A stretch of DNA of 64,000 bases from an uncultured virus (IMG/VR IMGVR_UViG_3300035506_000159) (lineage: Duplodnaviria; Heunggongvirae; Uroviricota; Caudoviricetes): IMG/VR virus record IMGVR_UViG_3300035506_000159. One strand, given 5' to 3'. Made by a program: the position numbers and the translations under genes. Shown here piece after piece: positions 47,128-57,465 of the stretch; position 1 is the first letter of the stretch; each line of letters starts with the position of its first letter. The notes beneath the pieces were generated by a model that had not been told where the DNA came from, made no database searches, and worked only from the letters and a program-made list of their open reading frames with translations.

Positions 47128-47171
47128 AGCCTATTGTCACACTTGACAATAGGCTTTTTTTATGTTATACT
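47128..47171 (+). promoter_or_regulatory. terminator overlapping the dnaE promoter
   Basis: AGCCTATTGTCA/TGACAATAGGCT plus T-run; TTGACA 47143, TG-TATACT 47166. Confidence 0.75.
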
Positions 47172-47205
47172 TATATTAGATAAAGGAAAATTATAGGAGG
47201 GTTGA

Positions 47206-50200
47206 ATGGTAAAAAGATTTTGCCCGCACGCACATACTTATTATTCTAATATACGTATTCTTGATGCTATTGCAGACCCAAAAGAATTAATCAATAAAGC
47301 TATTGAACTTGGCATGAGTGGAATTGCTATCACAGAACACGGAAATGTTTGTTCCGCGCCAGTTGCTAATTTTTATGCGGAAGAAATCGCAGAAAAATAT
47401 CCTGATTTTAAGGTAGCTCTTGGTTGTGAAATATATTTGACTGATACTCGTGAACAAAAGCAAGATTATTATCATGCTGTTCTTATTGCACGTGATACTA
47501 TCGGTCATCAAATGATTCGTGAACTTTCTTCTATTGCATGGATGAATAGCTACTATGATAGAGGAATGGAACGTGTTCCAACTCTACGAAGTGAAATTGA
47601 AGACGCAATTAAAAAATATGGCAAGGGTCATATGATTATGACTCAAAGCTGTCTTGGCGGTCGCGTTAATAAGCATCTCTCTAAAATGATTCAATGCGAA
47701 AAAACTGGAGATAAAGTTGGCCGCAAAGAAAATCATAAAATTATTGTTGATTTTATGAAATGGGCTGATGAATGGTTTGGTGATGATTTCTATCTAGAAA
47801 TTGCACCAGCACCATATCCAGAACAAATTGAAGTCAACTCTAGAATGATGGGTCTATCTAAAGCTTTTAATAAGAAAATTGTTATTGGTGATGATGCTCA
47901 TAGAGTTAATAAAGAAGATTATGAAGCTCATAAGGCTTTCTTGAATAGTCAAATGGGTGAACGAGAGGATATTGATAATTTTTATCTTTATACTTATCTT
48001 CAATCAGAAGAAGAAGTTAAAGAACATATTAAAGATACTGGTCTAGATTATGATGAATTGGCAGCCAATAGTCAAGAAATATATAACAAACTTGAAAATT
48101 TCAGTTTGCGGCATAAACAGCACGTCCCGCAAGTTGAAGTTAAAAATTATCCAATTGAAGATAAAAACAGTCATAAATATAATCCTGATAAATATCCCGT
48201 GCTTGATGAACTAATGCACTCCGACAATCCGCAAGAACGATATTGGATTAACTACTGCCAAGAGAAACTAGAAGAAAAAGATATTAATAAGCCTGAATAT
48301 CTGGCGGAACTTGAAGAAGAAGCTCGTATCCAAAAAGTAATTGGAGAAAAGCTAGAAACTTGTATTTTTAGTTATCCAATTTTCTTGCAGTATTATATTG
48401 ACCTTATTTGGGATTGTGGTAGTACTGTAGGTGTTGGACGTGGTTCTAGTGTTGCTGGTCTTAATCATTATCTGTTAGGACTAACCCAAGTTGATCCGCT
48501 AGCTGAAGGTCTCCCTTACTATTGGCGGTTTCTTAATGATGAAAGAGTTGAATTACCAGATATAGATCTAGATTTCTGTCCAGATAAGCGAGCAGACGTA
48601 TTCGCCAAGATTCGTGAAGAGCGAGGTGAACTTGGTCTAATTCAAGTTTGTACTTTTGGTACTATGACTGCTAAAAGTGCAGTACAAAGTGCTATGCGAG
48701 GATATAGGTCTGATAAGCATCCAAATGGAATTGATAATGATATTGCACAATATGCAACAAGCTTGATTCCATCAGAACGTGGTTTTACATGGCCTCTTTC
48801 AGATGTAATTTATGGCAACGAAGAAAAAAATCGTAAGCCAATTACAGAATTTGTAAAAGTAATTAAACAATATCCTGGTCTATTGGAGACTATTCTAAAA
48901 GTAGAAGGCTGTGTATCTCGTCGTGGAACTCATGCATCTGGTGTCCTTTTTCTTGAAAAAGGACATGAATATGATGAAGGCGCAATTATGCGCTCTCCAG
49001 ATGGTTCTTTAGTTACACAATATGACCTTCATTCCGCAGAAGCTTGTGGCGCAGTAAAATATGACTTTCTTCTAACAGAAGTTCAGTCTATTATTACTCA
49101 AGCTATTAAAATTCTCCAAGAGCATAATGAGATTGAACCAGAACTAACTTTGCGGCAAGCATATGATAAGTATATTCATCCAACTGTTCTTCCCCTAGAC
49201 GATGAACAACTTTGGGATGATTTGGCTTTTAAAGATATTCCGCATAAATTTCAATTTGATTCTACTGTTGGCAGTCAAACTGTTAAAACTCTTAGACCAC
49301 ATTCCGCAAAGGAAATGGCAGATGCTAATAGCATTATGCGGCTAATGGCACCAGATACTTGGGATGAAACTCCGACTGAACGATATGCCCGCATGAAAAA
49401 CGATATGTCACAGTGGTACAAAGAAATGGATAAGTGGGGTCTAACAAAAGAAGAGCAAAAGGTTCTAGAGCCGCATTATCTACCAGTATATGCTTCTCCA
49501 TGTCAGCAAGAGCAACTTATGCTTATTCTAATGGATGAAAATATTTGCGGATTCTCTTTGAAGGATGCAAATGCAGCCCGCAAAATTGTAGCTAAAAAGC
49601 AGCTAAGTAAAATCCCAGATTTGAAAGCAAAGATTCTTGAAACTGCTTCTTCTGAAAATCTAGGCAAATATATTTGGGAAACAGCAGTAGAGCCACAGTG
49701 CGGTTATTCATTTTCAATTCTTCATTCTACTGTGTATTCATATATTGGACTTCAAACAGTTTATCTTGCTACTCATTGGAATAAGATTTATTGGGATTGT
49801 GCTTGTATGCAGATTGAAGGTGGAATTGAAAATGATTCTACCACTAACTATGATAAGATTGCTAAGGCAGTTTGTGCAGCTAGTACAAATGTTAATATAT
49901 CTCCAATAGACATCAATAAGTCAGGTTATCTATTTGAGCCAGACGTAGAAAATAATACTATTCTATATGGTATGAAAGCATTGGTTGGTATTAATGGTGA
50001 TATGATTAATGATATTATATCTCATAGGCCATATTCTTCTTTTGAAGACTTCTGCAGCAAAGTGAAATGCACTAAAAATACCCTAGTACCACTAATTAAA
50101 TCTGGAGCATTTGACCAGTTTGATGAGCGTAAAAATATTATGGAGAAGTACATCTGGTCTGTTTGTAATCCTAAAAAAAGAATCACTATGCAAAATTTCG

Positions 50201-51045
50201 CAGGATTGCTAGACGCGGGATTACTGCCAGATGATATTGATTTTGAAAAAAGAGTATTTAACTTTACTCGCAGTCTTAAAAAATTCTGTAAGCAAGGTGA
50301 TAAATATTATTTGCAACCAAAACATGAAGCATTTCTTCAGAAAAATTTTGATATAGACCCGCAAGTAGATAAAGATGGTAATATCTATATTACTGTTGAC
50401 TCTTGGAAGAAAGTCTATGATGAAGCTATGAAACCAGCTAAGAAATATATTTCTGGCCGCAAAGAAGAATTACTCCAAGAGTATAATCAATATCTCTTCA
50501 ATAAAGAGTGGGATAAATATGCGGAAGGTGATTACTCAGCATGGGAAATGGCTTCACTTGGATATTATTATCATGAACATGAACTAGCACATATCGATAA
50601 TTCACGATATGGTATTACTTCATATAAGAATATTCCTGAAGTTCCTGTAGTAGAAAAAACTTTTAAGAAAGGCAATAAAGTTATTCCAATTTTTAAGACT
50701 TATAGAATTGCAGGAACTGTAATTGCAAAAGATGATGCTAAATCTACCGTTACTCTACTTACTACAGATAGTGGAGTTGTAAATGTAAAAATGAGCAGAG
50801 AATATTATGCTAGACTTGCTAAGCAAATTTCTAAAGTTAAACCAGATGGAACAAAGCAAGTAGTAGAAAAAAGCTGGTTTGGACGTGGAACTATGCTTGT
50901 TTGTAATGGCTATCGTCGTAGTGGGCAGTTTGCTTGTAAGAGTTATAAACATAGCAATTCACATCAGGTATATAAAATTATAGGCATTAACGGCAAGACT
51001 ATTAATATGACTTATTTAAGAGCAGGTGAAATAAATGAAGAGTAA
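47206..51045 (+). CDS. dnaE: DNA polymerase III alpha subunit
   Basis: PHP HAHT..AITEHG, GRGS, PDIDLD, HASG, KYDFL, YSFS..HS. Confidence 0.95.
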   Translation: MVKRFCPHAHTYYSNIRILDAIADPKELINKAIELGMSGIAITEHGNVCSAPVANFYAEEIAEKYPDFKVALGCEIYLTDTREQKQDYYHAVLIARDTIGHQMIRELSSIAWMNSYYDRGMERVPTLRSEIEDAIKKYGKGHMIMTQSCLGGRVNKHLSKMIQCEKTGDKVGRKENHKIIVDFMKWADEWFGDDFYLEIAPAPYPEQIEVNSRMMGLSKAFNKKIVIGDDAHRVNKEDYEAHKAFLNSQMGEREDIDNFYLYTYLQSEEEVKEHIKDTGLDYDELAANSQEIYNKLENFSLRHKQHVPQVEVKNYPIEDKNSHKYNPDKYPVLDELMHSDNPQERYWINYCQEKLEEKDINKPEYLAELEEEARIQKVIGEKLETCIFSYPIFLQYYIDLIWDCGSTVGVGRGSSVAGLNHYLLGLTQVDPLAEGLPYYWRFLNDERVELPDIDLDFCPDKRADVFAKIREERGELGLIQVCTFGTMTAKSAVQSAMRGYRSDKHPNGIDNDIAQYATSLIPSERGFTWPLSDVIYGNEEKNRKPITEFVKVIKQYPGLLETILKVEGCVSRRGTHASGVLFLEKGHEYDEGAIMRSPDGSLVTQYDLHSAEACGAVKYDFLLTEVQSIITQAIKILQEHNEIEPELTLRQAYDKYIHPTVLPLDDEQLWDDLAFKDIPHKFQFDSTVGSQTVKTLRPHSAKEMADANSIMRLMAPDTWDETPTERYARMKNDMSQWYKEMDKWGLTKEEQKVLEPHYLPVYASPCQQEQLMLILMDENICGFSLKDANAARKIVAKKQLSKIPDLKAKILETASSENLGKYIWETAVEPQCGYSFSILHSTVYSYIGLQTVYLATHWNKIYWDCACMQIEGGIENDSTTNYDKIAKAVCAASTNVNISPIDINKSGYLFEPDVENNTILYGMKALVGINGDMINDIISHRPYSSFEDFCSKVKCTKNTLVPLIKSGAFDQFDERKNIMEKYIWSVCNPKKRITMQNFAGLLDAGLLPDDIDFEKRVFNFTRSLKKFCKQGDKYYLQPKHEAFLQKNFDIDPQVDKDGNIYITVDSWKKVYDEAMKPAKKYISGRKEELLQEYNQYLFNKEWDKYAEGDYSAWEMASLGYYYHEHELAHIDNSRYGITSYKNIPEVPVVEKTFKKGNKVIPIFKTYRIAGTVIAKDDAKSTVTLLTTDSGVVNVKMSREYYARLAKQISKVKPDGTKQVVEKSWFGRGTMLVCNGYRRSGQFACKSYKHSNSHQVYKIIGINGKTINMTYLRAGEINEE

Positions 51046-51124
51046 CCTGCTCTTCTTTTTGATATTGACAAATATTAATATAATATGATATAATATATGT
51101 ATAGAAAGTTGATAAGGAGGTAAA

Positions 51125-51715
51125 GTGGAAAAAGGAGTAATATTAGCTATATGCGGAAAATCTGCAACTGGAAAGAGTACTTTGGCAAGCTACTTACAAC
51201 AGTGGATGGTTGCTTATGGTAAGCCAGCTATGTCTATTATAAGTGCAACTACTCGTCCTCCAAGAGACAATGAAAAAAATGGTGTTGATTATTTCTTTAT
51301 GACTAAAGAGCAATTTGAAAAGAAGATTGGACATCATGATTTTCTTGAGTATGCGGAATTTCGTGGCTGGTATTATGGAACTCCACTTTCCTCTTTGTCG
51401 CATGATAGAGTTAATATACTAGTGGTAAATCCGCAAGGATTAGAATCATTGTTGTATTTTCAAGATGAATATGATATTATTCCGGTTTATCTTGAAGAAT
51501 CTTTTGAAGTGCGGTTAGAAAGATCTTATGCACGAGAAAATAAAATGAAATTTGAATATATTCGTCGTGCAATTGTTGATTTTTTTGCTTTTATAGGAAT
51601 TAAAAAACTTATTAGAAAATTCCCGCGTCATATTATATTCTCTAGAGGTTCTTCTATAACAATAGAAATTAATTCTATTATGCATTATTTAATCTCTCTT
51701 GGTGTTATTCACTAA
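51125..51715 (+). CDS. gmk: guanylate kinase-like protein
   Basis: GKSATGKS, TTRPPR..E..GVDYFF, YYGT. Confidence 0.88.
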   Translation: MEKGVILAICGKSATGKSTLASYLQQWMVAYGKPAMSIISATTRPPRDNEKNGVDYFFMTKEQFEKKIGHHDFLEYAEFRGWYYGTPLSSLSHDRVNILVVNPQGLESLLYFQDEYDIIPVYLEESFEVRLERSYARENKMKFEYIRRAIVDFFAFIGIKKLIRKFPRHIIFSRGSSITIEINSIMHYLISLGVIH

Positions 51716-51808
51716 ACAGAAAGATTGGACCAAAAATTAGAAATCTTTCTTATCAATTTTTATATATAAATACGCAGAAAGACACTAGGAATATAGGGAG
51801 TGTGATTA

Positions 51809-52819
51809 ATGTTAATTAAGAAACGAGATGAAAAACTTCAAGATTATAATCTTGAAAAAATCTCAATCGCTATTAGTGGTGCTTTTAATGATTTTAATGA
51901 AGAGTTTGACGATGTAGAAGTATTGAATTTAATTGAAGATAGAATTTCAAAGCTTCCTAATCCAGTAGATGTTGAGGTTATTCAAGACGTTGTAGAAGAT
52001 GCCCTTCTTGATTGCGGATACCGCAAAGAAGCTAAGGCATATATTAAGTTTCGCCATAGGCATGAACTACTTCGCAAGGCCAATACTACTGATAGAAGTA
52101 TTAAAGAGCTTCTTGATGGTGATTCAGAATTTTGGAATAAAGAGAATAGCAATAAAAATGCAAAGTGGGTAACTACTCAACGAGATTATATTGCTGGCAT
52201 TACCTCAAAAGATATTGCTCGTCGATTTGTCTTTCCAGAAGATGTAATTGCGGCGCATGATGCAGGTATCATTCATATTCATGATATGGATTATGTTGCA
52301 CAAAATACACTTCATAATTGTGACCTAATTAATCTAAATGATATGTTGCAAAATGGTACTGTTGTAAATGGTGTAACAATTGATAAGCCACATCGTCTTT
52401 CAACTGCAATGACAATTGCAACTCAAATTATTGCTGCTGTTGCATCCTCGCAATACGGCGGCTGTACTGTGAATCTCGTACATCTGGCTCCTTTTGTTCG
52501 TGATTCATATAATATGCACTATTGTAATGCAGGCGAAGAACTACGTGCAATTGGAGTAGAAGATACTGAAGAAGCACGTGATATTATCGCCCGCAAGAGG
52601 ACTAAGAAGGAAATTGCTGATTCAGTACAAACCCTGAACTATCAGCTCAACAGTCTTACTACAACCAACGGTCAGTCGCCTTTTGTCTCCGTATTCATGT
52701 ATCTTGGCGACACAGATGAATATAAAGATGAATTGGCAGCTTTGATTGAAGAAGTTCTAAATCAACGAATCCTTGGAATGAAAAATAAAGTTGGAGTCTA
52801 TGTAACTGTTGCTTTCCCT
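51809..52819 (+). CDS. nrdD: anaerobic ribonucleoside-triphosphate reductase, exon 1
   Basis: ATP cone IKKRD, ENSNK, HIHD, NC, QYGG, GQSPF, AFP. Confidence 0.92.
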
Positions 52820-53789
52820 AAATAATTTGGGGCTTAATATAGTGATATATTAATGAAAAAGATGGTGAACTCATAAACGTGAGGTGTCTAATATAAAAAT
52901 ATTAGGCTAACGGTCAACTAAATCGAAAGATTAAGGTGGTAAGAGAGTCTAAGTCCATTTATTTTGGATATGATGATACCGTGTTAAGTTATTCTACAAA
53001 ACATTATTAAGGCAGATTATCTAAAAGAAAGGAGGAGATATGTGGAAAGATATTGAGAATACAAATGGTTTTTATTCTGTCAGTGAAGATGGACTTGTAA
53101 AATCAAATGATAGGGTTATTTTTAATAAAGGTTCTAATGCATATAATAAAATTTCTGGAAAAATCTTAAATCAGTATAAGAATAATAAAGGATATTTATA
53201 TGTTGATCTATGTATAGATGGAAAAAGCAAACATTTCTTAGTTCATAGATTGATTGCAGAAGCTTTTATTGATAATCCAGAGAAATATCCAATTATTAAT
53301 CATAAAGACAACAATCCACTAAATAATAGAGTAGAAAATTTAGAGTGGTGTACATATGCATACAATAATCAATACAGAGCTAAGCAAAATAGAAATAATT
53401 ATTCTGAAAAATGTAAAAAAGTTAGAGAACAACCAAGTGTATGGCTGTACAGGTCGGTAAAACAATATGACCTAAACAGCAATATAATTCAGACTTTTAA
53501 CAGTCTGACACAAGCTACGAATTGGTTGATTGAAAACAATTATACTTCAAATAAAAATGCAAAATCAAATATAATTGCTTGCTGTACCAATAAAGCCAAA
53601 ACTGCCTATGGTTTTATTTGGAGATATGTAGAATAAAAAATGTAACGACTATCCCGCAAGGGAGTAGGGTTAAAGCAAGGTGGAAGTCCAAACCCGAAGT
53701 GCCATCTATCTGTTTTTACAGATAAAGAGATAGTCTAATCCCACTTTTAAATAAGTGTTAAAGTATTGCGAAAGCAAGGGTAGATAATG
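52820..53789 (+). mobile_element. group I intron (970 nt) with HNH gene
   Basis: P1 CCCT|AAAT/ATTTGGGG with U-G, P3 AGATGG/CCATCT, P7 GACTA/TAGTC, terminal G; restores FPKLLYVL. Confidence 0.9.
53040..53636 (+). CDS. intron-encoded NUMOD4-HNH homing endonuclease
   Basis: WKDI..YSVS..G, VHRLIA, INHKD....NRVENLEW, AYGFIWRY. Confidence 0.92.
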   Translation: MWKDIENTNGFYSVSEDGLVKSNDRVIFNKGSNAYNKISGKILNQYKNNKGYLYVDLCIDGKSKHFLVHRLIAEAFIDNPEKYPIINHKDNNPLNNRVENLEWCTYAYNNQYRAKQNRNNYSEKCKKVREQPSVWLYRSVKQYDLNSNIIQTFNSLTQATNWLIENNYTSNKNAKSNIIACCTNKAKTAYGFIWRYVE

Positions 53790-55052
53790 AAATTACTCTA
53801 CGTCCTTGAAGAAGACAATGTTAGACCAGACTCTAAGTATTGGTATTTAACAGAACTCGCAGCTAAGTGTACTGCGAAAAGACTTGTTCCAGATTATATT
53901 TCTGAGAAAAAGATGAAGGAACTTAAACTTTCTAAGGGAGAAACTGTTGGTCATGGAGATGTCTATGGCTGCATGGGTTGTCGCTCGTTCCTAACACCAG
54001 ACCGAAGTGGTAATGGATATAATAATATTGCGAAAGCAAAAGATTATGACGGAAAGCCAAAATATTGGGGTCGGTTCAATAATGGCGTCTGCACTATCAA
54101 TCTTGCAGATGCAGCTTTAAGTGCAATTGAAGTTCTCAAAGAACAAGGTACTGAACTTACTCAAGAAAATATTGAAAAGGTATTTTGGCCTTTGATGGAA
54201 GAACGAACCGAACTTTGTCACAAGGTTCAAAAGATTCGTGCGGAACGACTTTCTAAGACCAAGGCAGAAGTAGCACCAATTCTATGGTGTGATGGTGCTC
54301 TCGCTCGCCTAGACCCGCACGAAACCCTAGATCCGCTAGTTCATAATGGATATTCAACTAGTTCTCTTGGTTATGCGGCTCTATATGAGTGCGTAAAAGC
54401 TGTAACTGGTGAAAGCCATACTCAACCTATTGGTAAGGAATTTGGTTTGCGAGTAATGCAATATCTAAACGATCAATGCACCAAATGGAAACTAGCAGAA
54501 AATATCGATTATTCTGTATATGGCAGTCCAATCGAGAGTACTACTTATAAGTTTGCGACTTGCCTTAAGAAGCGTTTTGGTGAAGTTCCTGGCATCACCG
54601 ATAGAGATTATGTAACCAATAGTTATCATATTCCAGTATTTGAACATATTAATGCTTATGATAAGCTCGCAAAAGAAAGTGAGTTCCAAGTACTAAGTCC
54701 AGGGGGTGCAATTTCATATATTGAAACTGCTAATCTCCAGAATAATATTCCCGCAGTAGAAAGCATCATGCAATTTATTTATGACCATATCATGTATGCT
54801 GAACTAAATTGCAAGAGTGATTATTGCCAAAAGTGCGGATATGACGGAGAGATTATTATCAAGCAAGATGAAAAAGATGGTCATCATTTCTTTGAATGTC
54901 CGCAATGCGGCAATACTGATGAAGATTCAATGAATATTGCTAGACGAGTTTGTGGTTATATTAGTACAAATTCAATGAATGAAGGTCGTATGCAAGATGT
55001 AGCAAATCGCTATGTACATATGACTGACCATGAGTTAGAAGAAGGAATTTAA
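53790..55052 (+). CDS. nrdD: anaerobic ribonucleoside-triphosphate reductase, exon 2 (spliced product 757 aa)
   Basis: MGCRS, CxxC pairs, glycyl-radical RVCGY. Confidence 0.92.
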   Translation, partial: KLLYVLEEDNVRPDSKYWYLTELAAKCTAKRLVPDYISEKKMKELKLSKGETVGHGDVYGCMGCRSFLTPDRSGNGYNNIAKAKDYDGKPKYWGRFNNGVCTINLADAALSAIEVLKEQGTELTQENIEKVFWPLMEERTELCHKVQKIRAERLSKTKAEVAPILWCDGALARLDPHETLDPLVHNGYSTSSLGYAALYECVKAVTGESHTQPIGKEFGLRVMQYLNDQCTKWKLAENIDYSVYGSPIESTTYKFATCLKKRFGEVPGITDRDYVTNSYHIPVFEHINAYDKLAKESEFQVLSPGGAISYIETANLQNNIPAVESIMQFIYDHIMYAELNCKSDYCQKCGYDGEIIIKQDEKDGHHFFECPQCGNTDEDSMNIARRVCGYISTNSMNEGRMQDVANRYVHMTDHELEEGI

Positions 55053-55058
55053 AGACCA

Positions 55059-55571
55059 ATGAGAATTGCTCAAATTAGGTCTATGGATATTTCTAATGGA
55101 TTAGGAGTTGGTGCGGCCCTGTTCACGCAGGGCTGCCCCTTTCACTGTAAAGGGTGTTTCAACTCTTCTACTTGGGACTATGAAGGAGGAATCCTATATG
55201 ACCAAGAGCAAAAAGAAAAGATATTAGAAACGATTAGACCAGAGTATATTACACGTTTTAGTCTATTGGGTGGAGAGCCACTTTCACAGTGTAATATACC
55301 AGAATTATTAGATTTAATTTTAACTATTAGAGAAGAAAAACCAAATATTGAAATTTGGTGTTATACGGGTGATGTATTAGAAAATCTATGGAAAAGATGT
55401 GAAACAGAACCAGAACTTCAAGAAATTTTAAATCAACTATCAGTATTAGTTGATGGGCCATTTATCCAAGAGCAAAAAGATTTAACATTAGCTTTTAGAG
55501 GTAGCAGTAATCAAAGATTAATTGATATGCGGCAAAGTTCTCCGTCGCATATTGAGACTTTAGACATTTAG
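55059..55571 (+). CDS. nrdG: NrdD-activating radical SAM protein
   Basis: GCPFHCKGCFN, LGGEP, DG.F, RGSSNQR. Confidence 0.93.
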   Translation: MRIAQIRSMDISNGLGVGAALFTQGCPFHCKGCFNSSTWDYEGGILYDQEQKEKILETIRPEYITRFSLLGGEPLSQCNIPELLDLILTIREEKPNIEIWCYTGDVLENLWKRCETEPELQEILNQLSVLVDGPFIQEQKDLTLAFRGSSNQRLIDMRQSSPSHIETLDI

Positions 55572-55580
55572 GGAGGAAAT

Positions 55581-55775
55581 ATGATTAAAAACTTTTTTAA
55601 AGGATTTTTCATCGCCTTTCTAGCTATCATTATTCTTTGTATCGCCTTTGTTATTTTTAAAGCAGCTATCGCATTGATAGCATCTATGTGCGGTTTTGAT
55701 TTTGAGTGGGCTTATTCAGCATCTATTATTTTCTTAGCTTGCATCATTGTCGGTATTGGTTTTATTGATATATAA
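55581..55775 (+). CDS. small two-TM protein
   Basis: Hydrophobic, GGAGG SD. Confidence 0.65.
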   Translation: MIKNFFKGFFIAFLAIIILCIAFVIFKAAIALIASMCGFDFEWAYSASIIFLACIIVGIGFIDI

Positions 55776-55891
55776 TTGAATAGGGTAATATATTTTTTAT
55801 ATTGCCCTATTTTTTTATGTAAAATAAAGTTTGACGAAAAATAAAAATTATGTTATACTATATTTAGTTAAGATAGATTAAGGAGGAAAAA

Positions 55892-56263
55892 ATGGCAGAA
55901 ATCGGAGTTGGAAATATGTACGATATGTGCAAGATTGAAACTCTACAGAAGCAGCCAATGAATCCAGAAGATTACCGCAAAGAACTCGTTAATGTTGGAA
56001 GTTGGTTTTCTAGTAATCTTGGCACACAGTATTATATGCTTCTAAATAATGAACTTCATGATTACACTGTTTTTAATTTCATTAATTATAATTTTGCTAA
56101 AGCTGTTGATGAACTTGAGGAGGTACTTAATAGTCGAGGAGCTGTATACGGTATAGATTTTAATCATGACAATAATTACTTTGAGTTTTGGATTGTAAGT
56201 GGGGATGAAGCTCATATGTATATTTTATTCCCCTGTAATGAATTTGTAATTGATATTCGATAG
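55892..56263 (+). CDS. hypothetical phage protein
   Basis: AAGGAGG SD, own promoter. Confidence 0.75.
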   Translation: MAEIGVGNMYDMCKIETLQKQPMNPEDYRKELVNVGSWFSSNLGTQYYMLLNNELHDYTVFNFINYNFAKAVDELEEVLNSRGAVYGIDFNHDNNYFEFWIVSGDEAHMYILFPCNEFVIDIR

Positions 56264-56274
56264 CGGAGGTAATA

Positions 56275-56511
56275 TTGATGGAAATTTATATTGATGCTTA
56301 TATTGGGCTACCTTTTGAAATTCGTGTTGTAGAAGACCACCAAATTATTCAGCATGTGCATATTCAAACTGTGCGGGAACTAGTAGATACTATCGAGGTT
56401 TTTGAACGTGAGTATAATATTGATGGGGCTTATGTTCTTGGCGATCCCAAGTTTGCTGCTGCACTTGTGATGGTACTTCCTGGCGAACTTAATCTTCAGG
56501 TAAAGGAGTAA
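56275..56511 (+). CDS. hypothetical protein, paralog of the next gene
   Basis: PF.IRV.ED..EYN..G..K. Confidence 0.7.
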   Translation: MMEIYIDAYIGLPFEIRVVEDHQIIQHVHIQTVRELVDTIEVFEREYNIDGAYVLGDPKFAAALVMVLPGELNLQVKE

Positions 56512-56512
56512 T

Positions 56513-56743
56513 ATGACTAATCTATACGTATCAGCTTCTCCAATCGCTCCTTTTAATATTCGAGTATTTGAAGATAATAATCAAATTCATCAAGAACTTT
56601 GTTTTTTGAGTGAGCTAGATGATAGGGTTATTATTCTTGATAATGAATATAATGTTGAAAATAATTATATTCAAGGAAACAAGAAGTATATTGCAGAGCT
56701 AGTTAAAATTTATAGCAGTCTTAATTTCAAAATTGTAAAATAA
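56513..56743 (+). CDS. hypothetical protein, paralog of the previous gene
   Basis: PF.IRV.ED..EYN..G..K. Confidence 0.7.
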   Translation: MTNLYVSASPIAPFNIRVFEDNNQIHQELCFLSELDDRVIILDNEYNVENNYIQGNKKYIAELVKIYSSLNFKIVK

Positions 56744-56761
56744 TAATAAAAAGGAGTCAAA

Positions 56762-57034
56762 ATGATTAAGTACCTTCTCAAGAACACAGCTGAATATCGA
56801 ATTGATGATATTGAAGATGTTAAAAAGTTTCATGAACAGCTACAAGAACAAGCTAAGGAAGGTGGATATACTCTAAACTCTTTTTCTTGGTCTGAGAAGT
56901 CTAGTAAGCTAGATGGAGATATTGAAATTTATTTTGTCGTTAAAGCAACATTTATTTTTAATGTAGCTAAAGACCCTGAAAACTACCAGTTTACACGAGT
57001 AGATTTTCCAGAATTTGCACTAAAGGAGGACTAA
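56762..57034 (+). CDS. hypothetical phage protein
   Basis: AAGGAG SD. Confidence 0.75.
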   Translation: MIKYLLKNTAEYRIDDIEDVKKFHEQLQEQAKEGGYTLNSFSWSEKSSKLDGDIEIYFVVKATFIFNVAKDPENYQFTRVDFPEFALKED

Positions 57035-57457
57035 TTGGAAACAATTAAAATTAAGTATATTGATTCTCCGCATCTAGAGCAAACAGCACGAGGAAATTGG
57101 ATTGACCTCTATCTAGCAGAAGATATTACTTTTAAGGCAGGAGAGTTTAAGCTTTGTCCTCTCGGAGTAGCTATGAAACTTCCGCATGGATATGAAGCTT
57201 TAACCGCGCCGCGTAGTTCTACTTTCAAGAGATATGGTCTTATTCAAACTAACTCTATTGGTGTTATTGATTCATCTTATTGCGGCGATACAGATCAGTG
57301 GATGTGGCCCGCAATTGCTACACGAGATATTACAATTTCAAAGGGTACTAGACTTTGCCAATTCCGCATTATCAAGTCACAACCTGTAATTGAATTTGAA
57401 GAAGTCAATAAACTAAATGATATTTCTCGTGGCGGATTTGGAACAAGTGGAGTATAG
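57035..57457 (+). CDS. dut: trimeric dUTPase
   Basis: WIDL, PRSS, GVIDSSY.G, Q, RGGFGTSG. Confidence 0.93.
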   Translation: METIKIKYIDSPHLEQTARGNWIDLYLAEDITFKAGEFKLCPLGVAMKLPHGYEALTAPRSSTFKRYGLIQTNSIGVIDSSYCGDTDQWMWPAIATRDITISKGTRLCQFRIIKSQPVIEFEEVNKLNDISRGGFGTSGV

Positions 57458-57465
57458 GAGGTAAA

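Noticed and set aside
42695..51045. Inteins in DnaB or DnaE
   Set aside because: Lengths are ordinary and no intein terminal motifs were seen
8218..51770. TGGACAA motif as a sigma-54 promoter
   Set aside because: Lacks the TTGC -12 element and GG-N10-GC spacing
51809..55052. nrdD as a pseudogene or two separate genes
   Set aside because: A complete group I core and U/G splice sites restore one reading frame
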